From Candidatus Methylomirabilis oxygeniifera (GTDB lineage: Bacteria > Methylomirabilota > Methylomirabilia > Methylomirabilales > Methylomirabilaceae), in the NCBI GenBank assembly GCA_000091165.1, contig FP565575.1:1650001-1682000 (forward strand): 32,000 nt of DNA, written 5' to 3'. The notes beneath the pieces are model-generated. The model was not told where the DNA came from, did no database searches, and worked only from the letters and a program-made list of their open reading frames with translations. Every line of letters begins with the position of its first letter. The first letter of the stretch is position 1. The translations under genes and the position numbers were made by a program. Shown piece by piece: positions 1-8,370 of the stretch.

Positions 1-2
1 TC

Positions 3-1112
3 TTCTTCAATCGCATCGAGCAGGAATCGAGTAGTTTCTTCAACCTGGCCGACGGTCAGGGCAGCCGCGGCGACTTGCAGGCCAATACCCGGGGGCACAT
101 TCGTAATATCGGGGGTCGCGTGCGGGAGGAGGTCCAGTTCTCGCCGCAATGGACCGGATACCTCGGGGTAGGCGTGGAGGGCTCGGAGATTCGGGCCGAA
201 GTCCGATCCCGCAACAGCACGACCGCCCCGCTCAGCAGGATCGAGGTAAGACGTGAATTCATGAGTGTCGCGCCGGAGGCAGGGGTCATCTACCGCGTGA
301 ATCCGGACCTCCAGCTCCGCGGACGGGTGGCAACCGCTTACGGCATCCCGGGAATCGGCAATCTGACGACAGCCACGACGGGGCTCGCCGGGAACAATAC
401 CGGCTTGAAGCCGCAGCGGAATGTCGGGGTGGAGCTGGGGTTCGATCTCCGACCCCTGCCGACGGTCACGGCGAGCCTGACCGGCTACTACGAATTCTAT
501 TTCAACGAATTCATTACACAGTCGCCCGGTGCCGGCCTCTCCTCCTTTACCAGCAACGCCCCCAACGCCGAGCATCGCGGGATCGAGGCGGAGCTGGCTT
601 GGCGGCCCTTCGCGGGGGCAAAGGTGTCAACCTCATATACCTTCAACGACCACATCTACACAGAGTTCACCGAGAATATCTGCTCCAGTACCACGTGCAA
701 GAGTTTCGATCGGAGCGGCAATAAGATCCCGGGCGTTGAGCGCCATATCCTGAACGCGAGGATCGCGTATGACACCAGCCATCACAGTGAATGGTGGCGT
801 GGGGTGGGCGGCTGGTTGGAGGTTAACTGGCTGGACGATTTCTACGTGAACAACAGCAACACGCTAAAGACGTTGCCCTACCAACTGGTGAACCTGAATC
901 TCCATTACGACCGGGAGGTCACGATCCCATTCGCCCGATCGCTGTCGGCCTTCTTTGAGATTCAGAATCTGTTCGACGCGACGTACATCGCCAGCGCCAA
1001 CGTCGTCGCGGATTCGCTCAGCGATACGCCGGCCAATCTGGCGACATCGAAGCAGGCGTTTTTTGCCGGTCAGCCCAGATCCTACTTTGCCGGCCTTAAG
1101 CTCAGGTTTTAG
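3..1112 (+). CDS. TonB-dependent receptor, C-terminal beta-barrel part (5' truncated by window edge)
   Basis: Frame is open from the window start (FFNRIEQESSSFFNLADGQGSRGDLQANTRG...). Alternating beta-strand pattern, GIEAELAWRP, VNLNLHYD, FFEIQNLFDATYIASANV and terminal aromatic LRF are typical of TonB-dependent receptor barrels. Confidence 0.9.
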   Translation, partial: FFNRIEQESSSFFNLADGQGSRGDLQANTRGHIRNIGGRVREEVQFSPQWTGYLGVGVEGSEIRAEVRSRNSTTAPLSRIEVRREFMSVAPEAGVIYRVNPDLQLRGRVATAYGIPGIGNLTTATTGLAGNNTGLKPQRNVGVELGFDLRPLPTVTASLTGYYEFYFNEFITQSPGAGLSSFTSNAPNAEHRGIEAELAWRPFAGAKVSTSYTFNDHIYTEFTENICSSTTCKSFDRSGNKIPGVERHILNARIAYDTSHHSEWWRGVGGWLEVNWLDDFYVNNSNTLKTLPYQLVNLNLHYDREVTIPFARSLSAFFEIQNLFDATYIASANVVADSLSDTPANLATSKQAFFAGQPRSYFAGLKLRF

Positions 1113-1122
1113 GGGAATAGAG

Positions 1123-2784
1123 ATGGTCAGAAAGTCGGGTGTTCCCTCCAATGGACGCGGCAAAGGGGTCAGTGTGCTGAAACGGGAATCAGTCGGATTT
1201 CCGAGTCGCGCGAACGTGACGTCAGGTCCCTCCGGCGTCACCACGGCACCGCTTCGGAAAAAGACTCGCCGGCACCGGAGGGTGACCCTCGTCAAGCTCC
1301 ATAAATGGGTGGGCTTGATTGCAGCCGTCTGGCTGTGCGTGCTTGGGGCAACCGGCTTTCTCCTTGATCACAAGGAGTGGCGATGGATGATGTTTTCGAC
1401 CGTTCCGGAACGACTTGTGCCTGAATCGGTCAAAAGCCTCAGTCGGAATACGATTCAGATCTTCCAGGTCAATCCGGATCGGCCGATGCATCAGGTCGCG
1501 GCGGGAGTGCGAGGGTTGTGGGTCACGGAGGACGGGGCCAAGAGCTGGCAGCAAACACGGGTGATTGGGGATGAGGGCGGGCGTCTTCAAGTCTTTGCGG
1601 TTGAACCGGACCCGGAGTACGGTTGGAATCGGCTCTGGATCGGGACCGACGATGGTGTGTGGATGTCTGCTGATGGCGGCAAGACGCTGGTGAAAGCCGG
1701 GATGGAGGGACAGCGAATTACGGCGCTCACGGCTGGGGCGAGCCATGGGGAGCTGTACGGGGTAGCTGACCGAAGCCGAGTTTTCCAACTGCTCACCGGG
1801 AGACCGAATGATCCGCTCTGGCTTCAATTGGAGACGCCGCCGAACGACGCGCTGCCGTCTGAAATCTCCCTGCGACGACTGATCATCGACCTGCATGTTG
1901 GGAAGGGACTCTTCGCCGAAACCACCTCTCTCCTGCTTAACGATCTGGCCGGCCTCGGTTTGTGCGCCTTGGCACTGAGCGGTGTCTTCTATTGGGGGCT
2001 CCCGAAGTACTGGCGACGTCGCCGTCAACAGGGCGATCAGGTCCATGTCGGGACCAAGCGTACAACGCTTGTCTGGCTCTTTCGACTCCATGGCCCTCTG
2101 ATCGGGCTCTGCGCCGCCCTGCCGCTCCTCTATCTCGTCATCACCGGCATCTTCTTTGGGCATTTCAAGGAGTTGGGCGAATGGATGCGGCGAGCACAGG
2201 TCTCTTCGACCTTCTACCCACCTGTATACCATCTCAATGTGTGGGATGGGTGGATTGAGGCGGTCGTCGGCTATCCGGGCCAACCGGAGAAACTCTCTAT
2301 CGGGACGCGGGTCGGGTTGTTCACATCCGAGGACGGGGGACGTACCTGGTCGGCAGAGCGGGCCGGCAACGAACGTATCACGGCGGCCCGACGGCTTCGC
2401 CGCTTCGGCGAGGCGCTCTACATCGGCGACTGGATGGGCGTTAACAGTTATCTGAAACAGCAAGACGGAGCCGGGTGGCTCAAGCTCTCGGATAAGCATG
2501 CCCACATGGCGGGTGACATTACGCGGCTGGGAGACGGTCAGCTCGGATGGCTCCATCATGGAAAAACGGTAGCGATCACGGATCAGTCCGGTCAGGTTCA
2601 TGGTCAGATCGAGCTGACTCAGCCTCAGGCGGATGGGGTGCCGTGGTACTACGTCCTGAGGCAGCTTCACGACGGCCTGATCTTCTGGCAGCACTGGAAG
2701 TGGCTGAACGATCTCTTTGCGGTCCTGGCCGTGACGCTAGTCGTGACCGGGCTAATCCGCTGGTGGCGGGTCAAGTGGCTCTAA
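1123..2784 (+). CDS. PepSY-associated TM helix family membrane protein with a sensor-like extracytoplasmic domain
   Basis: ATG at 1123, 10 nt after the receptor stop. LHKWVGLIAAVWLCVLGATGFLLDHKEW and LHGPLIGLCAALPLLYLVITGIFFG are typical of PepSY-TM proteins found next to TonB receptors. WVTEDGAKSW / FTSEDGGRTW are BNR-like motifs. Confidence 0.75.
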   Translation: MVRKSGVPSNGRGKGVSVLKRESVGFPSRANVTSGPSGVTTAPLRKKTRRHRRVTLVKLHKWVGLIAAVWLCVLGATGFLLDHKEWRWMMFSTVPERLVPESVKSLSRNTIQIFQVNPDRPMHQVAAGVRGLWVTEDGAKSWQQTRVIGDEGGRLQVFAVEPDPEYGWNRLWIGTDDGVWMSADGGKTLVKAGMEGQRITALTAGASHGELYGVADRSRVFQLLTGRPNDPLWLQLETPPNDALPSEISLRRLIIDLHVGKGLFAETTSLLLNDLAGLGLCALALSGVFYWGLPKYWRRRRQQGDQVHVGTKRTTLVWLFRLHGPLIGLCAALPLLYLVITGIFFGHFKELGEWMRRAQVSSTFYPPVYHLNVWDGWIEAVVGYPGQPEKLSIGTRVGLFTSEDGGRTWSAERAGNERITAARRLRRFGEALYIGDWMGVNSYLKQQDGAGWLKLSDKHAHMAGDITRLGDGQLGWLHHGKTVAITDQSGQVHGQIELTQPQADGVPWYYVLRQLHDGLIFWQHWKWLNDLFAVLAVTLVVTGLIRWWRVKWL

Positions 2785-2930
2785 CGACAGGACGAACTGG
2801 CACTGCACCGCTGAGGTTATGAAATCGCGGAATAATCTTGCGAAGCGCGAGTACACGGCTCGACGGCTTGCGCCCTCGCATACCACGGTGGACTGGAACG
2901 TTCGTGTGCCTCCCTCTCACGTGCGCTCTA

Positions 2931-2958
2931 CAGGGAGCGGTCAAACGACCGCTCCCTG
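2931..2958. promoter_or_regulatory. Perfect inverted repeat CAGGGAGCGGTC-AAAC-GACCGCTCCCTG
   Basis: 12-bp perfect arms with a 4-nt loop, about 150 bp after the PepSY gene stop. No following T-tract, so terminator versus operator is unresolved. Confidence 0.6.
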
Positions 2959-2993
2959 CCCACCGCTCTTGATATCCGCTCCACTCGCGCTGA

Positions 2994-3105
2994 TCGAGTA
3001 GAACCGGACCTGGGACGCCACACACAGCGAAGACCGATCGAATTTGCCGGTCGCCGGACCGTCAGCAGGTGAAACGGGAGAGCTTCCTGTGGCACCCGTG
3101 TAGGA
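2994..3105 (+). repeat. Conserved non-coding block, copy A (matches 27557-27668)
   Basis: Shares GACGCCACAC, CAG-C-AAGACCGAT, GTCAGCAGGTGAAACG, GCTTCCTGTGGCACCCGTGTAGGA with copy B. Complementary GCCACA (3017-3022) and TGTGGC (3088-3093) could close a stem. Confidence 0.7.
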
Positions 3106-3194
3106 ATCCGTAGACATCTCTATCCGATAATGGTTACATTAGTGACAAGAAGTTCAGGCATTAAGGAAAACGGCGTATCCCTGGTAAGTCGGTG

Positions 3195-3260
3195 ATGAAG
3201 TGTGTGTTCGGCCTGACCCGTCGAGACGCCTTGGGTAGTCCCTCGGCATCAACCCGATAA
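3195..3260 (+). pseudogene. Radical-SAM N-terminal-like mini-ORF/remnant (MKCVFGLTRRDALGSPSASTR*)
   Basis: Nucleotide similarity to the start of the 18632 radical SAM gene (atgaagtgcgtgtttggcccg...cgagacgcttagggcagtccctcggcat) and to 28243-28335. Confidence 0.6.
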
Positions 3261-3270
3261 CAAGGAGGAC

Positions 3271-4020
3271 ATGACAATGAAACTGTTGGTGGGATTGCTG
3301 GTGGCAGCTTTGCTGGTGATGGTTCCAAGAGTGCAGTCGGTGTCGGCTGAAGAGGGGTCACGGGGTATGGGTGGAATGAAAGAGTCGTGTGACAGCCGCG
3401 AGGCAGAACACGCTCAATATCGCCATTATGGCCATTACCCCTACCATCTGATCAAGTATGCGAAAGAGATCGGTCTAATACCGGACCAGGTCACCCGCAT
3501 CAAGAAGATTCGACTCGAGTTTGAGCGTGCCTGTCTTCGGGCCAGGGCTGAGATCGGCGTCAGCGACTTGGAAATTGCGGCATTGATGGACGATGAGAAG
3601 GCCACTTTCGCAACGATCGAGGCAAAAGTGAAGCAACGCGCAACCGCGGCGACCGGCCTCCAGGTTGCGGCAATCAAGGCCAAACGGGATGCCATGGCGC
3701 TCCTGACCGCCGAACAGCGTGAGAAGGATCAAGCGATCCACGAGAAGATGATGGAGCAAATGCAGGAGCGAAGAGGCGGAATGGGCGGTGGCAGCATGAT
3801 GCAGGGCGGTGGTATGGGCGGTGGCCGAATGGGCGGTGGTATGGGTGGCGGGATGATGGGCGGCGGTCGGCGTGGTGGAGGTATGGGCGGTGGTATGGGT
3901 GGTGGCATGATGCAGGGTGGCGGACAGATGGAAGGCGGGATGGATCACGATATGACGCAGGGCGACCAGGATGACTCTTCGCAACAAAAGGAATCACAGG
4001 GCGAGCACCAGGGTCATTGA
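3271..4020 (+). CDS. Spy/CpxP-like periplasmic protein with a Gly/Met-rich, His-ending C-terminus
   Basis: Signal peptide, helical region HAKEIGL-type/RIKKIRLEFERACLRA, LLTAEQREK (LTxxQ-like), then a (GGGM)n tail. Strong SD aaggagg. Paralogue of 28358-29086. Confidence 0.8.
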   Translation: MTMKLLVGLLVAALLVMVPRVQSVSAEEGSRGMGGMKESCDSREAEHAQYRHYGHYPYHLIKYAKEIGLIPDQVTRIKKIRLEFERACLRARAEIGVSDLEIAALMDDEKATFATIEAKVKQRATAATGLQVAAIKAKRDAMALLTAEQREKDQAIHEKMMEQMQERRGGMGGGSMMQGGGMGGGRMGGGMGGGMMGGGRRGGGMGGGMGGGMMQGGGQMEGGMDHDMTQGDQDDSSQQKESQGEHQGH

Positions 4021-4104
4021 GTTCGCTACACTCCGTCTGCGTCTGCTACATGAGATAGGGAGATGTTGGCAGCCGATCGGCGCGATAGGCATAAACGACG
4101 TAGG

Positions 4105-4320
4105 ATGAGAACGTCCACACGCTTTTTGTGTGCCGCATCGACGAAAATCGTTGTGCCGGGCCTGCTCCTGGTCCATAGGTCACTGCACGAGCAGGCCCGG
4201 CACGCACATCTCCAAGACCATCCCCTCTCTCGAACATTTTCCTTCCGGTTCGTTAACTTCGCCGCCAAAAGACGTGTGGTCGAACGATGCACACCTGGAT
4301 TGAGAAACAACGATATCTGA
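4105..4320 (+). pseudogene. Internally deleted and frameshifted copy of the small exported protein at 29341-29649
   Basis: MRTSTRFLCAASTKIVVPGLLLVHRSLHEQARHA matches MRKSTLFLFAVSTEVVVLGLLLVHASLSEQARHA. About 110-120 bp is missing before QDHPLS, and the 3' part is read in another frame. Confidence 0.65.
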
Positions 4321-4568
4321 TCGACTTGACCCTCTCCTCGTTTCTAAGGCGAAAGGTCAAGCACGTCGGCCCGTTGATCCTCTACGCGCTGATGGTCTTC
4401 ATCCTCGCCTCAGTTACGTTCTTCGCCTACACGATCACAAAAGAAGCCTCGGCGAAGGAGTTCCTGGAGGATCACAAGGAAACACGCATTCTGCGGTTTG
4501 CAGACGCGACGGCAGAGGTGATCGACGCGCTCGACGCGGCCCAGCAACCGAGGGGGAGGAAGCGATGA
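4287..4568 (+). pseudogene. Truncated N-terminal fragment of an FtsX-like ABC permease (paralogue of 29633-30877)
   Basis: MHTWIEKQRYLIDLTLSSFLRRKVKHVGPLILYALMVFILASVTFFAYTITKEAS matches MRAWIEKQRYLIDFTLSSFLRRKVKNVGLLILYTLIVFILASVMFFTYTIKKEAS, then diverges and stops at 93 aa. It may still be expressed as a small membrane protein. Confidence 0.65.
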
Positions 4569-4593
4569 AGGAGGACAAGAAAGGGAAGAATCT

Positions 4594-5769
4594 GTGACAT
4601 TTTTGACCAGGCACCGCAAGCGGCTCATTATCGCAACGCTGGTCCTCGGGCTCCTCGTCGTGGGGCTCAGGCTGACCCTGTTGGCTCCATACCGGATCGA
4701 GTCGGCCGGCCTCGAACCTCATGATCTTCAGCGCGAAGCATTCGGTGTGGGGACGGTTGAGGCGAAGGTCGTCGTCAGCATCGGCAGCAAGATCACCGGG
4801 CGCGTAACGGCGCTCAATGTTGACCAACCGGATCGGGTTCGCAAAGGGCAACTCCTTGCCACCCTCGAAAACCAGGATTTCCATGAGCAGGTGGCCCAAG
4901 CGGAGCACGACCTCGCGCGCACGGCAGCCGACCTGGTGGCCAACGACGCAGCAATCAGGCAGGCCGAAGCCAACCGGGCGCTTGCCCGGAAGAACTACGA
5001 GCGGTACCAAAGCCTCTCCCAGGAAGGGGCTGTGTCGCGGCTCGACTTCGAGCAAAAGGAGAATGAGCATATCGCCGCACAGGAGGCCGTCAATACCCTC
5101 CTCGCCCAGCGAACGTCGCTCGAGAAACAACAGAAGAAGGCATCGGCAAACCTGAATTTTGCGAAGGCCAAGCTGACCGACACCATGGTGCATGCCTCCT
5201 GCGATGGTGTGGTGGTAACCCGCGAGGTCGAGGTGGGCGATGCCGTGGTTGCGGGTGCCCCCATCTTCCGCATCGCCGACTGCCACACCATCTGGGTCCG
5301 GGCTCATGTCGATGAGACGGTCGCCGGCGCGATTGCCGTGGGCCAGCCGGCCCGGGTCATCCTGCGGTCTCGCCCTGAGCAGAGCCTCCCAGGCCAGGTC
5401 GTTCGGGTGGAGGTCGAGAGTGATCGGGTGACCGAGGAGAAGGCAGTCAATGTGACCTTCTCCGTGCCCTCCTCTATCCCACCCATTGGGGAGCAAGCGG
5501 AGGTTTACATCATCACAGGGCAGAAAACCCAGGTTTCCGCGCTGCCACAGAAGGCATTGGTCCCCATTGGGAAATCGTATGGGGTCTGGCTCATCCAGGG
5601 TGGCCGGGTTCACCTGCGCCAGGTACAGGTCGGGATCTCGGACCCCTCCGGCTGGATCGAGATTGTCGGTGGGTTGGACAGCACTGACCGGGTCGCACTT
5701 GCCCCGCCAGAGATCATGCTGCGGCTCAAGGACAACGCCCGAGTCGCGGTGAGCACGGCAGGGTCATGA
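4594..5769 (+). CDS. HlyD-family periplasmic adaptor (membrane fusion protein) of an ABC exporter
   Basis: N-terminal TM, VVSIGSKITGRVTALNV / VRKGQLLATLENQD lipoyl-like half, long coiled coil, VHASCDGVVVTREVEVGDAVVAGAPIFRIAD. GTG start; overlaps the next gene. Confidence 0.85.
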   Translation: MTFLTRHRKRLIIATLVLGLLVVGLRLTLLAPYRIESAGLEPHDLQREAFGVGTVEAKVVVSIGSKITGRVTALNVDQPDRVRKGQLLATLENQDFHEQVAQAEHDLARTAADLVANDAAIRQAEANRALARKNYERYQSLSQEGAVSRLDFEQKENEHIAAQEAVNTLLAQRTSLEKQQKKASANLNFAKAKLTDTMVHASCDGVVVTREVEVGDAVVAGAPIFRIADCHTIWVRAHVDETVAGAIAVGQPARVILRSRPEQSLPGQVVRVEVESDRVTEEKAVNVTFSVPSSIPPIGEQAEVYIITGQKTQVSALPQKALVPIGKSYGVWLIQGGRVHLRQVQVGISDPSGWIEIVGGLDSTDRVALAPPEIMLRLKDNARVAVSTAGS

Positions 5770-6968
5770 ACCTGGCCATTCGCGACATCAGGCATAACAA
5801 AGACCGATTTATCCTCACCTGTCTGGGCCTGGGGCTGCTGATTTCCGTCGTCATGGCGATGAGCGGCATCTATGCGGGCCTCATTACCGACGCAACTGCG
5901 CTTCTCCGCCAAGTCGATGCGGACATCTGGGTAGTGGAGAAAGACACCTTCGGACCCTTCGCCGACGACTCCCGCATCCCGGAAGATCTGCAGTACAACA
6001 TCCGGTCAGTCCCCGGGGTGGTGCAAGCCGCACCCCTCTCTTTCCGCAATATGCAGCTCGATTACCACGGACGGACCCTGAGGTTCTATCTTGTCGGCTA
6101 CCGCTGGGACGGCATCGGCGGCCCGCGCCATCTGATCGCCGGCCGACAGATCGGGCGTAAGCATTACGAGCTGGTGGCTGACCAGAAGCTCGGGCTCAAT
6201 CTCGGTGACGTCCTCCATCTGGGGCTGCACGATTACACCGTGGTGGGGCTGACCATGAACATCGTCTCGCCGGCCGGCGATCCGGTCATCTACGCCTCTC
6301 TGGCCGATGCCCAGGAACTCTCATTCCAAAAGAACAATGAAGCGATTCGGAATGAGCGGGCCCGCCTGGCCGCACGCCTGAAAGACTTTGAGAAGAAAGC
6401 GCCCGGTCTCGCCCATGAGCTCGAGACTACGGTTGAAGAGATCGTAGGCAACACGCACATCGTCAACGCCGTCATCGCCAGAATCGATCGCCGAGAAACC
6501 CCCGAGGCCGTGGCCGCCAGAATCCTCCGGTGGACCCACTACACCGCCCTGACCAGTGCGCAGGAAGAGGAGATCCTCACGAAACACGTGATTGAGAAGC
6601 CCCGGCGACAGCTCGGGCTCTTCCGGATCATCCTGCTCGTCATCTCGGCTGTCATCATCGCGCTCATCGTCTACACGCTCACCATCGAGAAGATCCGGGA
6701 TCTCGCGACGTTGAAGCTGATCGGTGCGGCAAATCGTCGGATCGTCGGGCTGATCATGCAGCAATCTCTGGCGATGGGCATCCTGGGCTACCTCATCGGG
6801 GCTACCCTCATTTATGCGACCTACGATAAGTTTCCCCGGCGCATTGTCCTGCTTCCGATCGACATGGGGGTCTTGTTTATCATCGTCATCGCCCTCTGCG
6901 CAGTCGGAAGCCTCCAGGGGGTGCGGACCGCGCTGAAGGTTGATCCATCGGTCATATTGGGGACCTGA
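5766..6968 (+). CDS. ABC transporter permease, FtsX/DevC-like
   Basis: MNLAIRDIRHNKDRFILTCLGLGLLISVVM N-terminus, large extracytoplasmic domain, C-terminal TM bundle IIALIVYTLTIEKIRDLATLKLIGAANRRIVGLI. Confidence 0.87.
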   Translation: MNLAIRDIRHNKDRFILTCLGLGLLISVVMAMSGIYAGLITDATALLRQVDADIWVVEKDTFGPFADDSRIPEDLQYNIRSVPGVVQAAPLSFRNMQLDYHGRTLRFYLVGYRWDGIGGPRHLIAGRQIGRKHYELVADQKLGLNLGDVLHLGLHDYTVVGLTMNIVSPAGDPVIYASLADAQELSFQKNNEAIRNERARLAARLKDFEKKAPGLAHELETTVEEIVGNTHIVNAVIARIDRRETPEAVAARILRWTHYTALTSAQEEEILTKHVIEKPRRQLGLFRIILLVISAVIIALIVYTLTIEKIRDLATLKLIGAANRRIVGLIMQQSLAMGILGYLIGATLIYATYDKFPRRIVLLPIDMGVLFIIVIALCAVGSLQGVRTALKVDPSVILGT

Positions 6969-6969
6969 G

Positions 6970-7656
6970 ATGGAGCCGGTAGTCCGCGTACGCAAGCTCA
7001 CGAAGGTCTATGGGAGCGGGGATACGGCGGTCACGGCTCTGGCAGACGCCGGCCTGGAAGTATTTCCCGCCGAACTTGTCGCCATCATCGGACCAAGCGG
7101 ATCGGGGAAAACGACGCTTCTGACTGCCATCGGGTGCGTCAAGGAACCCACGAGCGGCTACATCGAGATCGACGGTCGGGTGGTCTTTGACAACGGCTGG
7201 CATAAGGTGGACCTCCTCCAACTTCGCCGCGAAAAGATCGGGTTCATCCTTCAATCGTTTAACCTCCTCCCCTTCCTGACCACCCTGGAAAATGTGCTCA
7301 TCGCTATGGACCTGGTGGGCAAGCGGGGGAAAGAGGCCAGAGAGAGGGCGACCGGCTTGCTTGACTATCTGCAAGTAGCGCACCGCCTCGGTACGTACCC
7401 GGAGAGCCTTTCCGGCGGGGAGAAGCAGCGGGTCGCCATCGCCCGAGCGATGGCGAACGACCCCAAGATCCTCCTCGCGGATGAGCCTACGGCTCAACTT
7501 GATACGGAACGGGGGAAGACCGTGATGAGCCTCATGAAAAAGCTGGCCAAGGAGAAGCGCTCCGCCGTGATCGTCGTCACGCACGATCGCAGGATGGTAG
7601 AGGACTTCGATCGCATTTACATGCTGGAGGACGGGAGGATGCTGAATCATCAGTAA
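6970..7656 (+). CDS. ABC transporter ATP-binding protein (LolD/MacB/DevA-like)
   Basis: Walker A GPSGSGKTT, signature LSGGEKQRVAIARAM, Walker B ILLADEPTAQLD. Likely ATG at 6970 just after the permease stop. Confidence 0.92.
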   Translation: MEPVVRVRKLTKVYGSGDTAVTALADAGLEVFPAELVAIIGPSGSGKTTLLTAIGCVKEPTSGYIEIDGRVVFDNGWHKVDLLQLRREKIGFILQSFNLLPFLTTLENVLIAMDLVGKRGKEARERATGLLDYLQVAHRLGTYPESLSGGEKQRVAIARAMANDPKILLADEPTAQLDTERGKTVMSLMKKLAKEKRSAVIVVTHDRRMVEDFDRIYMLEDGRMLNHQ

Positions 7657-7818
7657 TAGGGACTATCCAATCTATTCTGAAACGAGGTCGCGAGGAGTTC
7701 GGACACTGGTGCAATGTCTGGGAGCGTGGGCGGTCATGCCTCGATGTGAAGCAGGGAACGTGTGCGACGCACTTGCGGACGAGTTCCGCCGAGCCTCCTC
7801 ACGATAAGGCAGCAACCA

Positions 7819-8370
7819 ATGAATCGGCCATCGCTACCCGAAGAAGAGAGGGATCGCTTCGCCCGGTCGCTACTTCAGCACCTTGATGCCCTCTATAGCT
7901 TCGCCTGGTGGCTGACGCATCGCCGGGAAGAGATCGACGATCTGGTCCAGGAGACCCTCCTCCGCGCTATGCGGTCCGCCCACCAGTTTCAGTCTGGAAC
8001 CAATCTGAAGGCATGGCTCTTTAGTATATTGAAGCATGAGTGGTTCCGGCGCGCGGGACTGACCAGGCGGGAGGTTGCAGCCGATTCTTTCTCGGACAAC
8101 GAAGAGGCTCCGGATCGGGAGTGGGCGATCGAGACCGACGTCATTCGCTCAGCACTCCAGAAGGATCTGGATGAGGCGCTTCGCACGCTCCCTGAAGAAT
8201 ACCGGAGCGCGGTCCTTCTCTTTGATCTGTATGAGTTTTCGCTGAAGGAAACGGCTCAGATCCTGGCCGTACCCGACGGAACCGTAAAGTCTCGTCTGGC
8301 CAGAGGCCGTCAGATGTTGCGTGGTCGGCTGCTGGCATATAGCAGAGGGTCCGGCAATGTTGAGTTGTGA
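7819..8370 (+). CDS. ECF-type RNA polymerase sigma factor
   Basis: Region 2 ALYSFAWWLTHRREEIDDLVQETLLRAMRSAHQFQSGTNLKAWLFSIL; region 4 LRTLPEEYRSAVLLFDLYEFSLKETAQILAVPDGTVKSRLARGRQMLR. Confidence 0.92.
   Translation: MNRPSLPEEERDRFARSLLQHLDALYSFAWWLTHRREEIDDLVQETLLRAMRSAHQFQSGTNLKAWLFSILKHEWFRRAGLTRREVAADSFSDNEEAPDREWAIETDVIRSALQKDLDEALRTLPEEYRSAVLLFDLYEFSLKETAQILAVPDGTVKSRLARGRQMLRGRLLAYSRGSGNVEL

Noticed and set aside
1222-2694. 490-aa minus-strand ORF opposite the PepSY gene
   Set aside because: Antisense shadow ORF; the plus strand has clear TM helices and family motifs.
3475-3987. His/Thr-rich minus-strand ORFs opposite both Spy-like genes (also 28418-29092)
   Set aside because: They are the reverse reading of the Gly/Met repeat tract (HHAT/HHPT strings); low complexity, no start context.
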